The position numbers and the translations under genes are program-made. The notes under the pieces were generated by a model that worked only from the letters and a program-made list of their open reading frames with translations, was not told where the DNA came from and searched no databases. Below, one piece after another: positions 61,897-64,000 of a DNA stretch of 64,000 nt; within the stretch, counting starts at the first letter, position 1, and every line of letters starts with the position of its first letter. Source of the DNA: Bacteroidaceae bacterium (GTDB taxonomy: Bacteria; Pseudomonadota; Gammaproteobacteria; Pseudomonadales; Moraxellaceae); NCBI GenBank assembly GCA_963599285.1, contig CAVBYE010000011.1:13374-77373 (forward strand). Reading direction: 5' to 3'.

Positions 61897-62640
61897 ATGA
61901 CGAAAAAGCCCAAATATGTACGTTGGTGGCTGTTTGCAGCTGTAACTTTTCTGATTTGTATTGTGCTGCAAATTCCTGCGGCATGGTTAATGGCGAAGTT
62001 TTATCAAAATAATCAAATTTTACATAATATGAGCGGTAATATTTGGTCCGGCCAAGCCGATTGGACTCGGGGACAGTTACGTGGCTCAGTCAGCTGGAAA
62101 GTACGTCCTTTAGATGTATTGCGTTTGCGCTTGGGGGCGCATGTGGAGATCCACAGTGGCCGCAGTCATATTGAAGGTGTTGTTGGTTATGGTTTGGGTA
62201 AAACTCTCACCCTGCACGATATCGATGGACAAATTGCCGCAGAAACCTTGCAGTACGTTGCCAATTGGCAGTGGCCAAGTAATGCAATTCAATTGCAACA
62301 GATCGCCTTGGTCTATAAGCCTGAACAAGGGTTTAGTCGGGCAGATGGACAGATGCAATGGGCCGGTGGTGAATTGATCTATCAATACGCACAACAACAA
62401 GATCGTATGAATATACCGGCTTTAAAAGCCCAGCTATCTGATCGTGAAGGGCAACTGGTGTTGGATGTACGTGATCAACGTGAACAAAAAATGTTAAATA
62501 TTGCGATTGATCCTAAGCTGATGTTAGATCTGCAACTCACGCAGCGCTTATTGTTAAATACAGCCTCATATCAAGGTAAAGCTGGACTCGATACGTATGT
62601 CCTCAGTACCCGTCAGCCGTTATGGCAAGGGGGACGCTAA
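61897..62640 (+). CDS. gspN: Type II secretion system protein N
   Basis: The protein has an N-terminal TM helix and the GNIWSG motif. It lies immediately upstream of, and overlaps, gspC. The start is uncertain. Confidence 0.75.
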   Translation: MTKKPKYVRWWLFAAVTFLICIVLQIPAAWLMAKFYQNNQILHNMSGNIWSGQADWTRGQLRGSVSWKVRPLDVLRLRLGAHVEIHSGRSHIEGVVGYGLGKTLTLHDIDGQIAAETLQYVANWQWPSNAIQLQQIALVYKPEQGFSRADGQMQWAGGELIYQYAQQQDRMNIPALKAQLSDREGQLVLDVRDQREQKMLNIAIDPKLMLDLQLTQRLLLNTASYQGKAGLDTYVLSTRQPLWQGGR

Positions 62641-63476
62641 TGTCTGCATGGCTAGAAAAATTCAGACAGGTCAATTGGCGCAGTATGGATGCACTAGCAC
62701 CTTTGCTGTTGGTGGCTCTGATCGTGTATTTATGTTGGACCTTGGCCAGCTTGTTATGGTTATTACTCGCACCTGCGCAAGCGATGCAATTTGATCGTGT
62801 GCAGCTGGGTTCACAGCAACAAGCTGTTCCCAATATTGGTCACTTCGCTTTGTTTAAAGCGCAACAAGCCCCCCAACAGCTTGAAAATAGCAATATGAGC
62901 TTACATGGGGTTATGGTGGCACAGCCACGGCGTTTATCGTCTGCTGTGATTAAAGCCAATAATGTGGCAGAACGTTATCGGGTGGGGGATTTTGTTGCTG
63001 ATACACCCTACCGCTTAGCAGAAGTCTATTGGGATAAAGTAATTTTACGTGATGTAAATGGGGCGAGCCAGATTTTAAACATGGGCAGTATGGAAACCTT
63101 GAATCAGGATTTATCCGGTCAAACGCAAAATCCGCGTGCAAGCAGCGTGGCTCCCATGCAAGCGCCCCCCAATAATCCACAAGCTGCAATCGGGCAAGCT
63201 GTACAGCAAATGCAGGACAATCGTGAGCAATACTTACAAAGTATGGGGGCCAGTCCAACAGGAGAAGGCTATGAAGTCTCGGCACGGACACCTTTAGCAC
63301 TACGACGCAAACTGGGCTTACAACCTGGCGATCGGGTTTTATCCTTAAATGGACAGCCACTTGCTGCAGGGCAAAACGAAGCCCAATTGCTAGAGCAAGC
63401 GCGTCAATCTGGGCAGGTCAAATTAGAGATTAAACGTGGTGATCAAGTGATGACCATTCAACAAGATTTAGACTGA
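62640..63476 (+). CDS. gspC: Type II secretion system protein C
   Basis: The protein has an N-terminal TM helix, an HR-like region and a C-terminal PDZ domain (LGLQPGDRVLSLNGQPL). The start overlaps the gspN stop (TAATG). Confidence 0.8.
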   Translation: MSAWLEKFRQVNWRSMDALAPLLLVALIVYLCWTLASLLWLLLAPAQAMQFDRVQLGSQQQAVPNIGHFALFKAQQAPQQLENSNMSLHGVMVAQPRRLSSAVIKANNVAERYRVGDFVADTPYRLAEVYWDKVILRDVNGASQILNMGSMETLNQDLSGQTQNPRASSVAPMQAPPNNPQAAIGQAVQQMQDNREQYLQSMGASPTGEGYEVSARTPLALRRKLGLQPGDRVLSLNGQPLAAGQNEAQLLEQARQSGQVKLEIKRGDQVMTIQQDLD

Positions 63477-63507
63477 TGTAGGTCAGTGAAGGAAATGTTA
63501 GTAGATT

Positions 63508-64000
63508 ATGGCTTTATTTAATCATGAGCGTTCATGGGGACTTGTTGTTGCAGCACCGCTGATTGCAATGGTCAGTACTGCAAGTTATGCCCAAAGTTGG
63601 AAAATTAACTTACGTGACGCAGATTTAACGGCATTCATTAATGAAGTTGCCGATATTACCGGAAAAAACTTTGCCGTTGATCCACGTGTGCGTGGCAATG
63701 TCACGGTGATTTCCAACAAGGCACTGAATAAAGCCGAAGTCTATGATTTGTTCCTTGGGGTGTTAAACGTCAACGGTGTGGTGGCCATTCCTTCAGGCAA
63801 CACCATTAAGTTGGTGCCAGACAGCAACGTCAAAAGTTCAGGTATTCCCTATGATGTACGTAATCGTGCCTCAGGGGATCAAATCGTGACCCGCGTCATT
63901 TGGTTAGACAATACCAATGCTAGTGATTTAATCCCAGCATTACGTCCTTTGATGCCACAGTTTGCCCATATTGCCGCAGTACCGGGTGCCAATGCCTTAA
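63508..64000 (+). CDS. gspD: Type II secretion system secretin GspD, N-terminal fragment that continues beyond the window
   Basis: My own translation from ATG 63508 reads MALFNHERSWGLVVAAPLIAMVSTASYAQSWKINLRDADLTAFINEVADITGKNFAVDPRVRGNVTVIS. This fits a signal peptide plus a secretin N0 domain. No stop occurs before the window end. Confidence 0.85.
   Translation, partial: MALFNHERSWGLVVAAPLIAMVSTASYAQSWKINLRDADLTAFINEVADITGKNFAVDPRVRGNVTVISNKALNKAEVYDLFLGVLNVNGVVAIPSGNTIKLVPDSNVKSSGIPYDVRNRASGDQIVTRVIWLDNTNASDLIPALRPLMPQFAHIAAVPGANAL

Overview
This window looks like a contiguous, densely coded chromosomal core segment of a gammaproteobacterium, most likely an Acinetobacter (Moraxellaceae). 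That assignment is an inference from protein sequences and gene order. The informative blocks are comM-ubiK-glnK-amtB, nrdR-ribD-[methyltransferase]-ribE, pepA-holC divergent from lptFG, gacA-pilS-pilR, xerD-dsbC-hom-thrC, feoABC, murD-ftsW, dksA-gluQ, nudF-cpdA, tolC, phoU, argH divergent from algZ-algR-hemCDXY, hns and gspN-gspC-gspD.

About 62 protein genes appear intact. I found no rRNA, tRNA, CRISPR array, IS or transposon, integrase-bounded island, prophage or recognisable defence cluster by eye. comM, a known island insertion hotspot in A. baumannii, is uninterrupted.

I do not see a clear multi-gene novel system here. The items most worth follow-up are:
- an orphan N6-adenine DNA methyltransferase translationally coupled inside the riboflavin operon;
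- a near-consensus sigma-54 promoter with an upstream inverted repeat in front of the second of two tandem TorF-family porin genes, close to glnK-amtB;
- a 397-bp ORF-free region between phoU and yggX that carries its own minus-strand terminator, a candidate sRNA;
- an uncharacterised Q-rich coiled-coil protein translationally coupled to holC, plus a 72-aa ORF downstream;
- a stand-alone phoU with a near-perfect Pho box;
- gacA abutting pilS with a 1-nt gap;
- several perfect palindromes in 5' regions.

All functional calls rest on my recognition of motifs and synteny in the supplied translations. No database search was run. Several start codons were moved from the longest-ORF start to an internal start with a better Shine-Dalgarno (SD) sequence or homolog-like N-terminus.
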